A stretch of DNA of 64,000 nucleotides from the human T2T-CHM13v2.0 reference genome, Homo sapiens. Position numbers and translations under genes: made by a program. The stretch lies in the NCBI RefSeq assembly GCF_009914755.1, contig NC_060925.1; one strand, given 5' to 3'. The notes under the pieces are model-generated. The model ran no database searches, had not been told where the DNA came from, and saw only the letters and a program-made list of their open reading frames with translations. Below, piece after piece: positions 38,703-53,400 of this stretch; the first letter of the stretch is position 1, and the number at the start of each line of letters is the position of its first letter.

Positions 38703-41700
38703 CAATCATCATGTAATGGAATAGAATGGAATCATCGAATGGAATCGAATGGAGTCATCATCGTATGGAATCAAGTGGAATTATCGAATGGAGTCAAAAG
38801 TAATCATCAGAGAATGGAATCGAATGGAATCAACATTTAATGGAATATAATGGAATCATCATCGAGTGGAATCTAATGGAATCATCCAACGGACCCGAAT
38901 GGAATCATCACTGAATGGAAAAAAAAATGGAATCAACATCAAATGGAATCAAATGCAATCATCTAATGGACACGAATGGAATCATCATTGGATGAATAGA
39001 ATGAAATCATCATTGAATGTAATCGAATGGAATCATCTAAAGGACACGAATACCATCATCATTGAATGGAATTGAATGGAATCATCTAATGTTCTCGAAT
39101 GGAATCATCATCTCATGGAATAGAATTGAATCATCGAATGGAATCAAATAGAATCATCATCATAAGGAATAGAGTGGAATCATCAAATGGACTCAAAAGT
39201 AATCATCGGGGAATGGAATCGAGTGGAATCACTGAATGGACTCGAATGGAATCATCATCAAGTGTAATCAAATGGAATCATCTAATGGACCCGAAGGGAA
39301 TCATCATCGAATGGAATCGAATGGAACCATCGAATGAAATCGAATGGAATCACCATCGAATGGAGTCGAATGGAATCATCATCGAATTGAATCGAATGAT
39401 ATCATTGAATGGACTCAAGTGGAATCATCGAATGGACTTAAATGGAAACATCATCGAATGGAGTCAAATGGAATCATCAGATGGCAACAAATAGCATCAT
39501 CAATGAATGGAATCTAAGGGAATAATTGAATGGACTTGAATGGGATAATCGAATGGACTCGAGGGGAATCATCATCATATGGATTCTTCGAATGGACTCG
39601 AATGGAATCTTCATCAAATGGAATCGAATGGAATCATCAAATGGACTCGAATGGAATCATTGTCAAATGGAATCTAATGGAATCATCGAATGGACTTGAA
39701 TGGAATCATCATCGAATGGAATGGAAAGGAATCATCAAATGGACTCGAATGGAATCATCATCGAATGGTATCGAATGGAATCTACAAATGGACTCGATTG
39801 AAATCTTCATTGAATGCAAACGAATGGAATCATCCTCGAATGGAATCGAATGGAACCATCATCGAATGGAATTGAATGGAATCATCCAATGGAATAGAAT
39901 TGTATGATAATCAAATGGAATCAAATAGAATCATCGAATGAAATCAAATGAAATCATCATCGAGTGTAATTGAATGGAATAATCATAGTTTGGAATCGAA
40001 TGGAATCATCATCGAATGGAATAAAAAGGAATCATCCAATGCAATATAATTGAATCATGATCGAATGGAATCGAATACAATCATCAAATGAAATCAAATA
40101 GCATCATCGAATAAAATCAAATGGGATAATAATCGAATGGAATCAAATGGAATCATCATCGAATGGAATCGAATGGAAACATCCAATGTAATAGAATTGA
40201 ATCAACATCGAATAGAAACATCGAATGAAATCGAATGGAATCATAATCGAATGGACTCAAATGGAGTCATCGAATGGACTCGAATGGAATCATCATCGAA
40301 TGGAATAGAATGGAATCATCGAATGGAATAGAATGGAATCATCACCGAATGAAATAAAATGGAATCATCGAATGGACTAGAATGGAATCATCATCGAGTG
40401 GAATCGAATGGAATCATTGAATGGACTCGAATGGAATCATCATCGAATGAAATCAAATGGAATCATCGAATGGACATGAATGGAATCACCATTGAATGGA
40501 AACGAATGGAATCATAGAATGGAATCGAATGGAATCATCATTGAATGGAATCAAATGGAATCGTCCGAATGGAATCCAAAGGAATCATTATCAAATGGAA
40601 TCTAATGGAAGCATCATGTAATGGAATTGAAAGGAATCATCAACTAATGGAATCGAATGGAGAAATCGAATGGAATCTGCTGGAATCATCATCGAATGGA
40701 AACGAATGCAATCATCATCGAATGGAATCGAATGGAATCATCATCAAAAGGAATCGAAAGGAATCATAGGATGGAATCGAACGGAATCATCGAATGGACC
40801 CGAATGGAATAATTGAATGGACTCGAATGGAATAATTGAATGGACTCGAGTGGAATAATCGAAAGGACTCAAATGGAATCATCAAATGGAATTGAATGGA
40901 ATGATCGAATGAACTCGAATGGAATCATCATCAAATGGAGTCGGATGGAATCATCTAATGGACTCGAATGGAATCATCAAATGGAGTTGAATGGAATTAT
41001 CGAATGGTCTCGAATGGAATAATCAAATGGACCCTAATGGAATCATCATCGAATGGAATCTAATGGAATCATCAAATGGACTCGAATGGAATCATTGAAT
41101 TGACTCGAATGAAAACATCAAATGGATTCGAATGGAATCATCTTTGAATGGAATCGAATGGAATCCTTAAATAGAATCACATAGAATTATGAAATGGAAT
41201 CGAACAGAATCATCATTGAATGGAATCGAATGGAATCATCGAATGGAATTGAAGGCAATAATCGTTGAATGGAATCAAATGGAATCATCAAATGGAATCG
41301 AATGGAATCATCATCAAGTGGAATTGAGTGGAATCATCGAATGGAATCGAATGGAATCATTGTCGAATGGGATGGAATGGAATCAATGAATGGAATTGAA
41401 TGGAATCACCAATGAATGGAATTGAATGGTGTCATCAACGAATGGAATCGAATGGAATCATCATAGAATGGAATCGTGTGAAATCATCTAATAGGCAGGA
41501 ATACAATCATCACCAAATCGAATCGAATGGAATCATCATCAAATAGAATCGAGTGGAATCACTTAATGGACTCGAATGGAATCATCATCAAATGGAATCG
41601 AATGGAATCATCTAATGGACTCGAAAAGAATCATCATCAAATGAAATCAAATGGAATCACTGAATGGACACGAATGGAATCATCATCTAATAGAATCAAA

Positions 41701-44700
41701 TGGCATCAACAAATTGACTCAAATTGAATATAATCAAATTGAATCAAAAGCAATCATCAAATGGACTCAAATGGAATTATTGTATGGACTCGAATGGAAT
41801 CATAATCGAATGGACTCAAACGGAATGATCAAATGGACTCTAATGGAATCAAAGATTGGACTCAAATGAAATTATCAAATGGGCTCAAATGGAAACATTG
41901 AATGGACTCGAATGGAATCATTATCGAATGGAATCAAATGGAATCATCGAATGGAATCGAATGGAGTCATCGAATGGAATTGATCGGAATCATCATCGAA
42001 TGGAATCAAATGGAATCATCAAATGACTCGAATGGAACCATTATCAAATTGAATCAAATGGAATCATCAAATGAAATCAAATGGAATCATCGAATGGAAT
42101 CATTGAATGGAATTCATCGGAATCATCATCGAATGGAATCAAATGGAATCATCAAATGGAATTGAATGGAATCAGCATCAAATGAAATCGAATGGAATCA
42201 TCATCGAATAGAATCGAATGGAATATTGGAATGGAATCATCATCAAATGGAGTCCAATGGAATCATCAAATGGACTCGAATGGAAACATCATAGAATGGA
42301 ATTTCATGGAATCATTGAATGGAATCGAATGGAATCAAACAGAATCATCATAGAATGGAATTGAATGGAATCATCGAATGGAATCAAATGGAATCGAATG
42401 GTATCATTGAATGCACTGGAATGGAATCATCAATGAATGGTATCGAATGGTATCATCGAATGGAATCGAATGGAATCATCTTCAATTGAGATCAAAAGGA
42501 GTCACCGAATGGACTCGAATGGAATACTAATCAAAAGGAATCAAATGGAATCATTGAACGGACTCGAATGGAATCATCGAATGGACTCAAATGGAATCAT
42601 CGTACAGAATCGAATTGAATCATCATCGAATGTAATCAAATGGAATCATCATCGAATGGAATCGAAAAGAATCAACATCAAATGGACTCGAATGGAATCA
42701 TCATCGAATGGAATCCAAAGGAATCATCGTCGAATGGAACCGAATGGAATCATCATCGAATGGAACCGAAAGGAGTCATCATCGAATGGAATAGCATGGA
42801 AACATCGTCTAATGGAGTCGAATGGAATCATCATTGAATGGAATTGAAAGGAATCATCAAATGGACTTGAATGGAATCATTCAAAGAACTCGAATGGAAT
42901 CATCATCGAATGAAATCGAATAGAGTCATCGAATGGACAAGAATGGAATCATCATCGAATGGAATTGAAAGGAATCATCAAATGGACTTGAATGGAATCA
43001 TTCAAAGAACTCAAATGGAAACATCATCGAATGAAATCGAATAGAGTCATCGAAAGGACACGAATGGAATCATCATCGAATGCAATCGAGTGGAATCATC
43101 AAATGGAATTGAATGGAATCATCATTGAATGGAATCGAAAGGAATCATCATCAAATGGAATTGAATGGAATCATCATCGAATGGAACCTAAAGGAGTCAT
43201 TATCTAATGGAACCGAATGGAATCATCAACGAATGGAATCAAATAGAGAAATCGAATGGAATACATTGGAATCATCATCGAAAGGAATCGAATGCAGTCA
43301 TCATCGAATGGAATCAAACAGAATCATCATTGAATGGAATCGAATGGAATCATCGAAAGGAATCTAAGGGAATCATCTAATGGAATTGAACTGAATAATG
43401 CAATGGAATCAAATGGAATCATCATCGAATGGACTCCAATGGAATTATCATCGAATGGTATTGAATGGGAACATAGAATGGACTCAAATGGAATAATCGA
43501 ATGGACTCAAATGGGATCATCGAATGGACTCAAAAGAAATAATCGAATGGACTCAAATGGAATCATCGAATGGAATCGAATGGAATCATCGAATGGAATC
43601 AAATGGAAACATCATTGAATGGAATCTAATGGAATCATCAAATGAACTGGAATGGAATCATTGAATGGACTTGAATGGAATGATCATCGAATGGAATAGA
43701 GTGGAATCCTCGAATGTAATCAAATGGAATCATCAAATGGAATCGAATGGAATCTTCGAACGTAATTGAATGCAATCATCATCGAATGGCATCGAATGGA
43801 ATTATCAACAAATAGAATCAAATGGAATCATCGAATGGAATCGAATGGAGTCATCGTCAAGTGGAATCGAGTGTAATCATCGAATGGAATCGAATGGAAT
43901 CATTGTCGAATGGAATTTCATGGAATAAATGAATGGAATTGAATGGAATCACCAATGAATGAAATGGAATGGAGTCATCATCAAATGGAATCAAATGGAA
44001 TTATCGAATGGACTTGAATAGAATCATCATCGACTGGAATCGTGTGGAATCATCTAATGGTGAAGAACAGAATCATCATCAAATGGAATCGAATGGAATC
44101 ATTGTCAAAAGGAACGGAATGGAATCAATGAATGGAATTGAATGGAATCACTAATGAATGGAATGGGATGGAGTCATCATCGAATTGAATCGAATTGAAT
44201 CATAGAATGGACTCAAATAGAATCATCATCGAATGGAATCGTGTGGAATCATCTAATGGGGAAGAATAGAATCATCATTGAATGGAATAGAATGGAATCA
44301 TCGAATGGAATTGAACGGAATCATCATTGTATGGAATCGAGTGGAATCATCTAATGGACTCGAATTTAATCATTGGAGAATGGAATCAAATGGCATCATC
44401 AAATGGACTGCAATAGAAACATCATCGAATGGAATCATCTATTGAATCCGAATGGAATCATCATAAAATGGAAACAAATGGGATCATCGAATGGACTTGA
44501 ATGGAATCATCATCGAATGGAATCAAATGGAATCATCGAATGGACTCGAATGAAATCATCATCGAATGGAATCAAATGGAATCATCGAATGGAATTGAAT
44601 GGAATCATCATCAAATGGAATCGAATGGAATCACGGAATGGACTCGAATGGAATCATAATCAAATGGAATCGAATGGAATCATCTAATGGACTGCAATAG

Positions 44701-47700
44701 AAACATCATCGAATGGAATCATCTATTGTATCCGAATGGAATCATCATAAAATGGAATCAAATGGGATCATCGAATGGACTCGAATGGAATCATCATCAA
44801 ATGGAATCGAATGGAATCATCAAATGGACCCGAATGGAATCATCATTGAATCATCGAATGGAATCGAATGGAAACAACGAATGGACTCGAATGGAATCAT
44901 CATCGAATATAATTGAAACAATCATCAAATGGATTTGAATGGAATCATCGAATGGACTCAAATGGAATCATCATCGAATGAAATCAAATGGAATCATTGA
45001 ATGGACTCGAATGGAATGGTCATCAAATGGAATCGAATGGAATCATGGAATGGAATCCAATGGAATCATCTTCAAATAGAATTGAATGGAACCATCGAAT
45101 GGACTCGAATGGAGTCATCATCTAATGGAATAGAACGGAATCATCGAATAGAATCGAATGTAATTGTCATCGAATGAAATCACATTGAATTATCAAATTG
45201 ACTCGAATGGAATCATCGTCAAATGGAATCATCGAATGGACTCGAATTGAATCACCATTGAATGGAATGGAATGGAATCATCAAATGGATTCGAATGGAA
45301 TCATCATCGAATGAAATAGAAAGGAATCATCGAATGGAATCATCATTGAATGGAATTGAATGGAATGATCTAACGGACTCGAATGGAATCATTGTTGAAT
45401 GGAATCGAAAGGAAACATTGAATAGACACGAACTGAATCATTATGGAATGGAATCGAATGGAGTCATCATCAAATGGAATCGTATAGAATACTCTTCGTA
45501 TGGAATTGATGGAATCATCAAATGGAATAGAATAGAATTATCTCTGAATGGAAACAAATGGAATCGTTGAATGAAATCAAATGGAATCATCATCGAATGG
45601 AATCATCATCAAATGGAATCGAACAGAATCATCATCAAATGGAATGGAATGGAATCATTGAATGGAAACGAATCTAATCTTCGAATGGGCTTGAATGGAA
45701 TTATGATCGAATGGAATTGAATGGAATCATCAAATGGAATTGAATGGAATCGTCATCGAATGAATTGAATGGAAGCATTGAATGGTCTCGAATGGAATCA
45801 TCTTCAAATGGAATCGAATGGAATAATTACATAGAACCAAATGGAATTATCATCGAATGGACTCGAATGGAATCAACATCAAACGGAATCAAACGGAATT
45901 TTCGAATGGAATCGAAGAGAATCATCGAATGGACTCGAATGGAATCAGCAAATTGAATGGAATGGAATAATCCATGGACTCGAATGCAATCATCATCGAA
46001 TGGAATTGAATGGAATCATCGAACGGACTCGAATGGAATAATCATCAAATTGAATCGAATGGAATCATCATCGAATGGAATTGAATGGAATCAGCAAATG
46101 GTATCAGATGGAATCATCATCGAATGGAATCGAATAGAATTATGGAATGAAATCGAATGTGATCATCATCAAATGGACTCGAATGGAATCATCATCCAAT
46201 GGAAACTAATGGAATTAACATCGAATGGAATTGAATGGAAACACCATTGAATTGAAACGAATGGAATTATCATGAAATTGAAATGGATGGACTCATCATC
46301 GAATGGATTCGAATGGAATCATCGAATGGAATTGATTGGAATCATCATCAAATGGAATCGAATGGAATCATTGAATGGAATCGAATGGAATCATCATCGG
46401 ATTGAAATGAATGGAATCATCATAGAATGGAATTGAATGGATTCGTTGAATGGAATCAGATGGAATCATCGAATGGACTTGAATGGAATCATCGAATGGA
46501 CTTGAATGGAATCATTATTGAATGGAATTGAATGGAATCATCGAATGGTCTCAAATGAAATCATCATAGAATGGAATCGAATTTAATCATTGAATGGAAT
46601 CAAATGGAATCATCATCGAATGGAATCGAATAGAATCGGCATCGAATAGAATCGAATGGAATCATCATCAGTGTAATTGAATGGAATTTTCTTCAAATGG
46701 AATCAAATGGAAACATCATCGAATAGGATCGAATGGGATCATCGAATGAAACTGAATGGAATCATCATCAAAAAGAATCAAAATAAAACAAAGAATAGAA
46801 TCCAACAGAATCATTGAATGGATTCAAATGGAATCATCATTGAATGGACTCGAATGGAGTCATCATTGAATGGAATCAAATGGAATCATTTAATGGACTC
46901 GAATGGAATCATTGAATGGACTCGAATGGAATCATCAAATGGACCCAAAAGGAATCATCGAATGTAATCAAATGGAATCATCGAATTGAATCCAATCAAA
47001 TCATCATTGAATGGAATCGAATGGAATCATCATCAAATGGAATCGAAAGGAATCATCATCCAATGTAATCGAATGGAATCATCATCGAATGGAATCGAAA
47101 GGAATCATCATCAAATGGAATCGAATGGAATCATCAATGAATGGAATCTAATGGAGTCTTCTAATGGAGTCCGTTAGAATCATCATCGAATGGAACCGAA
47201 TGCAGTCATCATCTAATGGAATTAAATGGAATTATCGAATGGACTCAATGGAATCATCATCACATGGAATCGAATGGAATCATCGAATGGACTCAAATGG
47301 AATCATCATCAAATGGAATCGAATGGAATAATCGATTGGACATGAATGGAATCACCATTGAACGGAATTGAATGGAATCTTCAAATGGAATCGAATGAAA
47401 TTATTGAATGGAATCAAATAGAATCATCTTTGAATAGAATCGAATTAGATCATCATCGAATAGAATCTAATGAAATCATCATCAAATGGAATCTAGTGGA
47501 GTCATCATCTAATGGAATTGAATGGAATCAGCAAGGAATGGAATCGAATGGAGAAATTGAATGGAATCCGTTGGAATCATCATTGAATGGAAACAAATGC
47601 AGTCATCATAGAATGGAATTGAATGGAATCAACGAAGGGACTCGAATTGTGTCATCATTGAATGGAATCGGATGGAATCATCAAATGGACTTGAATGGAG

Positions 47701-47921
47701 TCATCGAATGGACTCTAATGGAATCATCATCAAATGGAATCGAATGGAATCAAACTGAATCATCGAACGGACTCTAATGGAATCATCATCGAATGGATTC
47801 GAATGGAATCATCGAATGGACTCGAATGGAATCATTGAATGGACTCGAATGGAATCATCATCGAATGGAATCGAGTGGAATCCTCGAATGGAATCAAATG
47901 GAATCATCAAATGGAATCGAA
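38703..47921 (-). repeat. Human satellite 2 (HSATII), diverged, GAATG strand on top
   Basis: 23/26-bp units GAATGGAATCATC(ATC)GAATGGAATC with GGACTCGAATGG variants, typical of HSat2 rather than simple (GGAAT)n HSat3. Confidence 0.93.
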
Positions 47922-47989
47922 CAGATTTATAAGAAACTTACTTGAACCAAACAATAGAAAAACAAACAAACCAAAACCCCCTAAAACTG

Positions 47990-48305
47990 TGATGAACAAA
48001 GTAGACATCAGAACAGGAAATATCACTGGGGATGAAGAATAACATTTCAAAATGAAAAAGGGGAAAATACACCAAGAAGTCATGTAAATGAGAAATATGT
48101 ATGCACACAATAACATTACTTCAAAATACATAATATAAAACTTATTAAAACTGAAAGGTAAAATAGTAAAACCATAGTCATCCATGGGGATTTCAACAGT
48201 CTCCTGCCAGAAATTTTTAAATTTTGTTAAACAAAATGTTGGGAAGGGTAGAGAGGATCTTAAAAATATAATTAGCCAACTTGATCTAATTGAATCTTTT
48301 AGAAT
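47990..48305 (+). mobile_element. Ancient L1M ORF2 endonuclease-domain fragment (degenerate)
   Basis: Reads KVDIRTGNITGDEE*HFKMKKGKIHQEVM*MRNMYAHNN...GDFN, which resembles the L1 EN stretch KTDFK...RDKEGHYIMVKGSIQQE...NIYAPN...GDFN. Stops and frameshifts are present. Confidence 0.75.
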
Positions 48306-48810
48306 AATCTAAGGATGAGGAATGAGGTAGCAGAGAGAGAAAAGGCAGACATCAAGGTGACATTAGTGTTTCAAGGCTATGAGAATACACCAATCATGGT
48401 GTGTGTGTGTGTGCAGATGGTAAGCTCAATCTTAAAAATATTGAGTTTTAACTGACAATTCATTATTAGGAAAGATAAGAGGAAATGATATCTAGTGAGA
48501 GGCTATATGACTGAACTCTAAGAGAAAGGTCACAGCAGAAATCGTGTACTTGACAGCTCTATAAGGAGGTCAGTCAAAAATAAGTCAGTGATGAGTTCTC
48601 TGGTGTAAAAGCAGAGGAATGAGGATTAGATTGAAAACACATGGAAGCAGAGTGACTTATGATAAAAACATGAGCTTGAAAATCCTGCAGAGAGGGCTTT
48701 AAATCCTGGGTATGATATTCTGCTTGTGTAGGCAATAGTGATAAAAACACAACAACAAAAAGAGGTAAAGAGCACTTTCCTTTGATATAAGTAAAGGGCA
48801 CGTCTTATTG

Positions 48811-48823
48811 CACACACACATAT

Positions 48824-48869
<46 letters not shown>

Positions 48870-48888
48870 ATATGTATGTATATATGTA
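48811..48888. repeat. (CA)n/(TA)n/(TATG)n compound microsatellite
   Basis: CACACACACATATATACATACATATATATA...TATGTATGTATA. Confidence 0.95.
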
Positions 48889-49016
48889 TTCAACTGAGAT
48901 TCAACATGTTTCTCTCATTGAAACAGCAAGCTCTGCAGGCCTCATGTTCCCAGTGAGGTAGGTAACCTTCTGATGATTATACTCACCCTCCCTCATTGCA
49001 AAGCTCCCATTGTTAT

Positions 49017-49400
49017 TGTCTTGGCTCTGGATTCCCTCCAAAATAGACTATGAAACAAATATCTGGGGTCAGATACTTTAATCAGAAATTGAGTGAGAAA
49101 GCACAGAAGTGGAGAAAATGAAACAGAACACGAATCCAGTGTGAATGAGTAGTTACTGCTATGTGCTCAGTAATGATGGAGGTATGGAGATTGTGTTAAA
49201 ATAACCATACAAAGAGATGGCAATGCTGGAATCCCCATCTCTTATTGCTTAAGGATTGCCTTAGAATCATTAACTCTCCACCCCTAACTCCTTCTTTGGT
49301 CCTATGTGTGGTTGAGAAGCACTGATTAGCCTCAAGAAGCTTGCAGGCAGGCCCAAAAATCAGAAAGACAGGCATGATGTGGGGAGCTCTCAGTTAGCTG
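49017..49400. mobile_element. Possible old ERVL-class LTR fragment (LTR16/LTR33-like)
   Basis: TGTCTTGGCTCTGGATTCCCTCCAAAATAGACTATGAAACAAATATCTGGGGTCAGATACTTTAATCAG resembles the recalled terminus of these LTRs. The right boundary is uncertain. Confidence 0.4.
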
Positions 49401-49514
49401 GAAACAGGTGAATTTCAAGTGAACACATTGAGTCCAGGACATAGAAGACAAGTCATCAGCAATATCTGCTATAGCCAGTTTTCTTTTTCTTTTTAAGAAT
49501 ATATATACTTTTTA

Positions 49515-50131
49515 TTGGGGACCCCAAGTCCCCCTTTGGTTTAATGATTCACATAACCCCAGAAAGCTGATATTTTTGTGGTTATAGTTTCTAACAGTGA
49601 AAGAAACCAGATTAAAATAATCAGAAGCATAAAAGCACATAAAGTTGAGTCCAGGACAAATCAGATGTGAGCTTACAGGTGTCCTTTCATAGTGGGGACT
49701 TCACACTGACTAATTTTCTTTACAATGGTGTGAGACAACATGTGTGAACTTGTTGCCAACTAGAGAAGCTCAGTCAGTCTTGAGTCCAGGGTTTTTATTA
49801 GGATTCCACCACATATGCATCGAGCATCCTGTGACTGAACTTATCTACTTAGTTCCCAACCTCCCTATGCCCTAAGAGAGGTCATATTAATATGGCATTA
49901 CACAAAGTCATAGGCATACAGAAACAGGTGATCACAAGAAATCACGTTGTTAGCATCAGCTATTTTATATGACCTACGTTTTCAGGTATACAAAGACTCT
50001 CATCAGGCAACATACACCAAGGGCTCATAGGTTATCATCTCCCAGGAGCTTGTCAAGGGCCAGTCCTGAAGACCTTTGGAATGCGCAAGGTTTTGGAAAG
50101 CCATGTCTGCAGAATTAACCATTCATTACAA
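49515..50131 (-). mobile_element. MER21-like solo LTR (ERVL)
   Basis: GGGGACCCCAAG...AGAAAGCTG...GGTTATAGTTTCTAACAGTGAAAG...CAGATTAAAAT...GAGTCCAGGA...TTGCCAACTAGAGAAGCTCA...TCCAGGGTTTTTATT follows the recalled MER21 motif order. AATAAA lies on the minus strand. Confidence 0.7.
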
Positions 50132-50452
50132 AACCTCCAAGAATTTTTTTATCTTTAAAAATGTTCTTTGATCTTTGACAATGTAACAAGCAATACTGAG
50201 TAATTAGTAACAACAGTGTACTCTTGAGTACTTGCACCTGCAAGGAGAAAGAGGACAGATGCACTTACATAGGACAGATGCAAATAGACACCACTATGAC
50301 AAGTAAAGCTGGAATAATCAATAAATTCCTAAAGACAAAGTGGGGCTGGTGAGATTGGGAGACCACTGACAGCTGCAGAAGTTGGGAAAGATCCATCATC
50401 TTGACAACTTTTTCCCCACAAACCCACTGCGATCTCTCAAGCAATTGGTAAG

Positions 50453-53400
50453 GATTCCCTTCGAATCCATTTGATGATTCCATTCAATTACCATCGATTA
50501 TTCTGTTCGATCCCATTCTATGATTCCCTTTGATTCCATTCGATGATCATTCCATTCGATTTCATTCAGTGATTCCATTGGATTCCATTCGATGTCGATT
50601 CCATTAGATTCAATTCAATGATGATTCCATTCGATTCCATTTGATTATGATTCCATTCGATTCAATTCGATGATGATTCCATTCAGTTCTATTTCATGAT
50701 GATTCTATTTGGTTTCCTTCGATGATGATTCCATTAGATTCCATTTGATGATTCCTTTCGATTACATTTGTTGATGATTCCATTCGATTCCATTCGATGA
50801 TGATTCCATTTGATTCCATTCAATGATGATTCCAATCTATTTCATTCGATAATGATTCTATTTGATTCCATTAGATGATGATTCCATTTGATTCCGTTCG
50901 ATGATGATTCCATTCGAGTCCATTCGATGGTTCCATTCCATTCCATTCGATCATAATTCCATTCGAATCCATTCGATGGTCCCATTCCATTCCATTCGAT
51001 GATAATTCCATTCGAGTCCATTTGATGGTTCCATTCAATTCCATTCGATGATAATTCCATTCATGTCCATTCAATGATTCCATTCGATTCCATTCGATGA
51101 TGATTGCTTTCGAGTCCATTTGATGATAGCATTCAAGTCCATTCGATTATTCCATTCAATTCCATTGAAAGTTGATTCAATTCCAGTCCATTTGATAATT
51201 CCATTCGATTCCATTCTCTGATGATTCCTCTCGAGTGCATTCAATGATTCCATTCAATTCCAGTCGATGATGGTTCCATTCGATTCCATTCCCTGATGAT
51301 TGCTTTCGATTCCATTCGATGATTCCCTTCGATTCCATTCAAAGTTGATTCCATTCAAGTCCATTCGATTATTCCATTCAATTCCATTCTCCGATGATTT
51401 CATTCGAGTCCATTTGATGATTCCATTCAATTCCAGTCGATTACGATTCCATTCGATTCCATTCAATATTTCCTTTCGAGTCCATTCGATGATGATTCCA
51501 TTCGATTCCATTTGATGATTCCATTAGATTCCATTCGATGATTATTGCTTTTGTGTGCATTCGATGATTCCATTCGAGTCCATTCAATGATTCCATTTGA
51601 TTCCATTCGATGATGACTGCATTCAGTTCCATTTGATGATGATTCAAACAGATTCCATTTGGTGACTCCATTCAATTTTATTCATTGATGATTCCATTTG
51701 ATTCCATTCGATGATGATTCTGTTAGATTCAATTCGATGATGATTCTGTTCAATTCAATTTGATGATGATTCCATTCGATTCCATTCGATGATGATTCCA
51801 TTAGATTCCATTTGATGATGATTCCATTCAATTCCATTCGATGATGATTCCATTTGATTTCATTCGATGATTCTATTTGATTCCATTCTATGATGATTCC
51901 CTTCTATTCCATTCGATGACTCCATTCGATGCCATTTGATGATGATTCTATTCGATTCCATTTGATGATGATTCTATTCGATTCCATTCAATGATTATTC
52001 CATTCGAGTCCATTCGATGATTCCATTCAATTCCATTCGATGATGATTCTATTCAATTACATTCGATGATTCCATTCTATTCCGTTCAATGATGATTCCA
52101 TTTGAGTCAAATCAATGATTCCATTCGAGTCCATTTAGTGATTCCATTGGGTTCAATTCGATGATGATTACATTTTATTCCATTCAATAATTCCATTTGT
52201 TTCCATTCATTGATGATTCCATTCGACTCCTTTTAATGATGATTCCTTTCGATTTCATTCGTTGATGATTCCATTCGTTTCGATTCGATGATGATTCCAT
52301 TCGATACCATTTCATGATGATTTCATTCGATTCCATTCAATCATGATTCAATTCCATTTCATTCAATGATTCTATTCGATTCCATTCAGTGATAATTCAA
52401 TTCTATTGCATGCGAGGATTCCATTCGATTCCATTTCATGATGATTTCATTCGATTCCATTCAATCATGATTCAATTCCATTTCATTCGATGATTCTATT
52501 CGATTCCATTCGGTGATAATTCAATTCTATTGCATTCGAGGATTCCATTCGATTCCATTCGATGATACCATTCGATTCCATTCATTGATGATTCCATTCA
52601 AGTGCACTTGATGATACCATTCGATTCCATTCGATGATGATTCCATTCGTTTCCATTCAATGATTCCATTCGATTCCATTCAATGATGATTCCATTCGAG
52701 TCAGATCAATGATTCCATTGGAATCTATTTGATGATGATTCCATTCAGTGATTCCATTCAATTCTATTGTATAATGATTCCAATCGATTCCATTCGATGA
52801 TGATTCCATTGGATTCCATTCTATGATTCCATTTGATTGCATTAGACAATGATGCCATTCGATTCCATTTGATGATTCCATTCGATTCTATTTGATGATG
52901 ATTCCATTCGATTCCATTTGATGATGATTGCATTCGATTCCAATCAATGATTCCGATCGATTCCATTCGATGATTAGATTCGATTCCATTAGATGATTCC
53001 AGTAGATTCCATTCGATAATGATTCCATTCGAGTCCATTCGATGATTCCATTCGAGCCCATTGAATAATTCCATTTGAGGCCAATCGATGATTCCATCCG
53101 ATTTCTCCATTTGATTTCAATCATTGATGATTGCATTAGTTTCCATTAGATGATGATTCCTTTCGATTCCATTCGATGATGATTTCATTTGATAACATTC
53201 CATGATGATTCCATTCGATTCCTTTCATTGATTCCATTCGATTCCATTTGATGATGATACCATTTGCGTCGATTCTATTATTCCTTTTGATTCCATTCGA
53301 TGATTATTCCATTCAAATCCATTCAATGATTTCATTCAAGTCCATTTGATGATTCCTTTCAATTCCATTCGATGATGATTCCATTCGATGCTATTCGATG

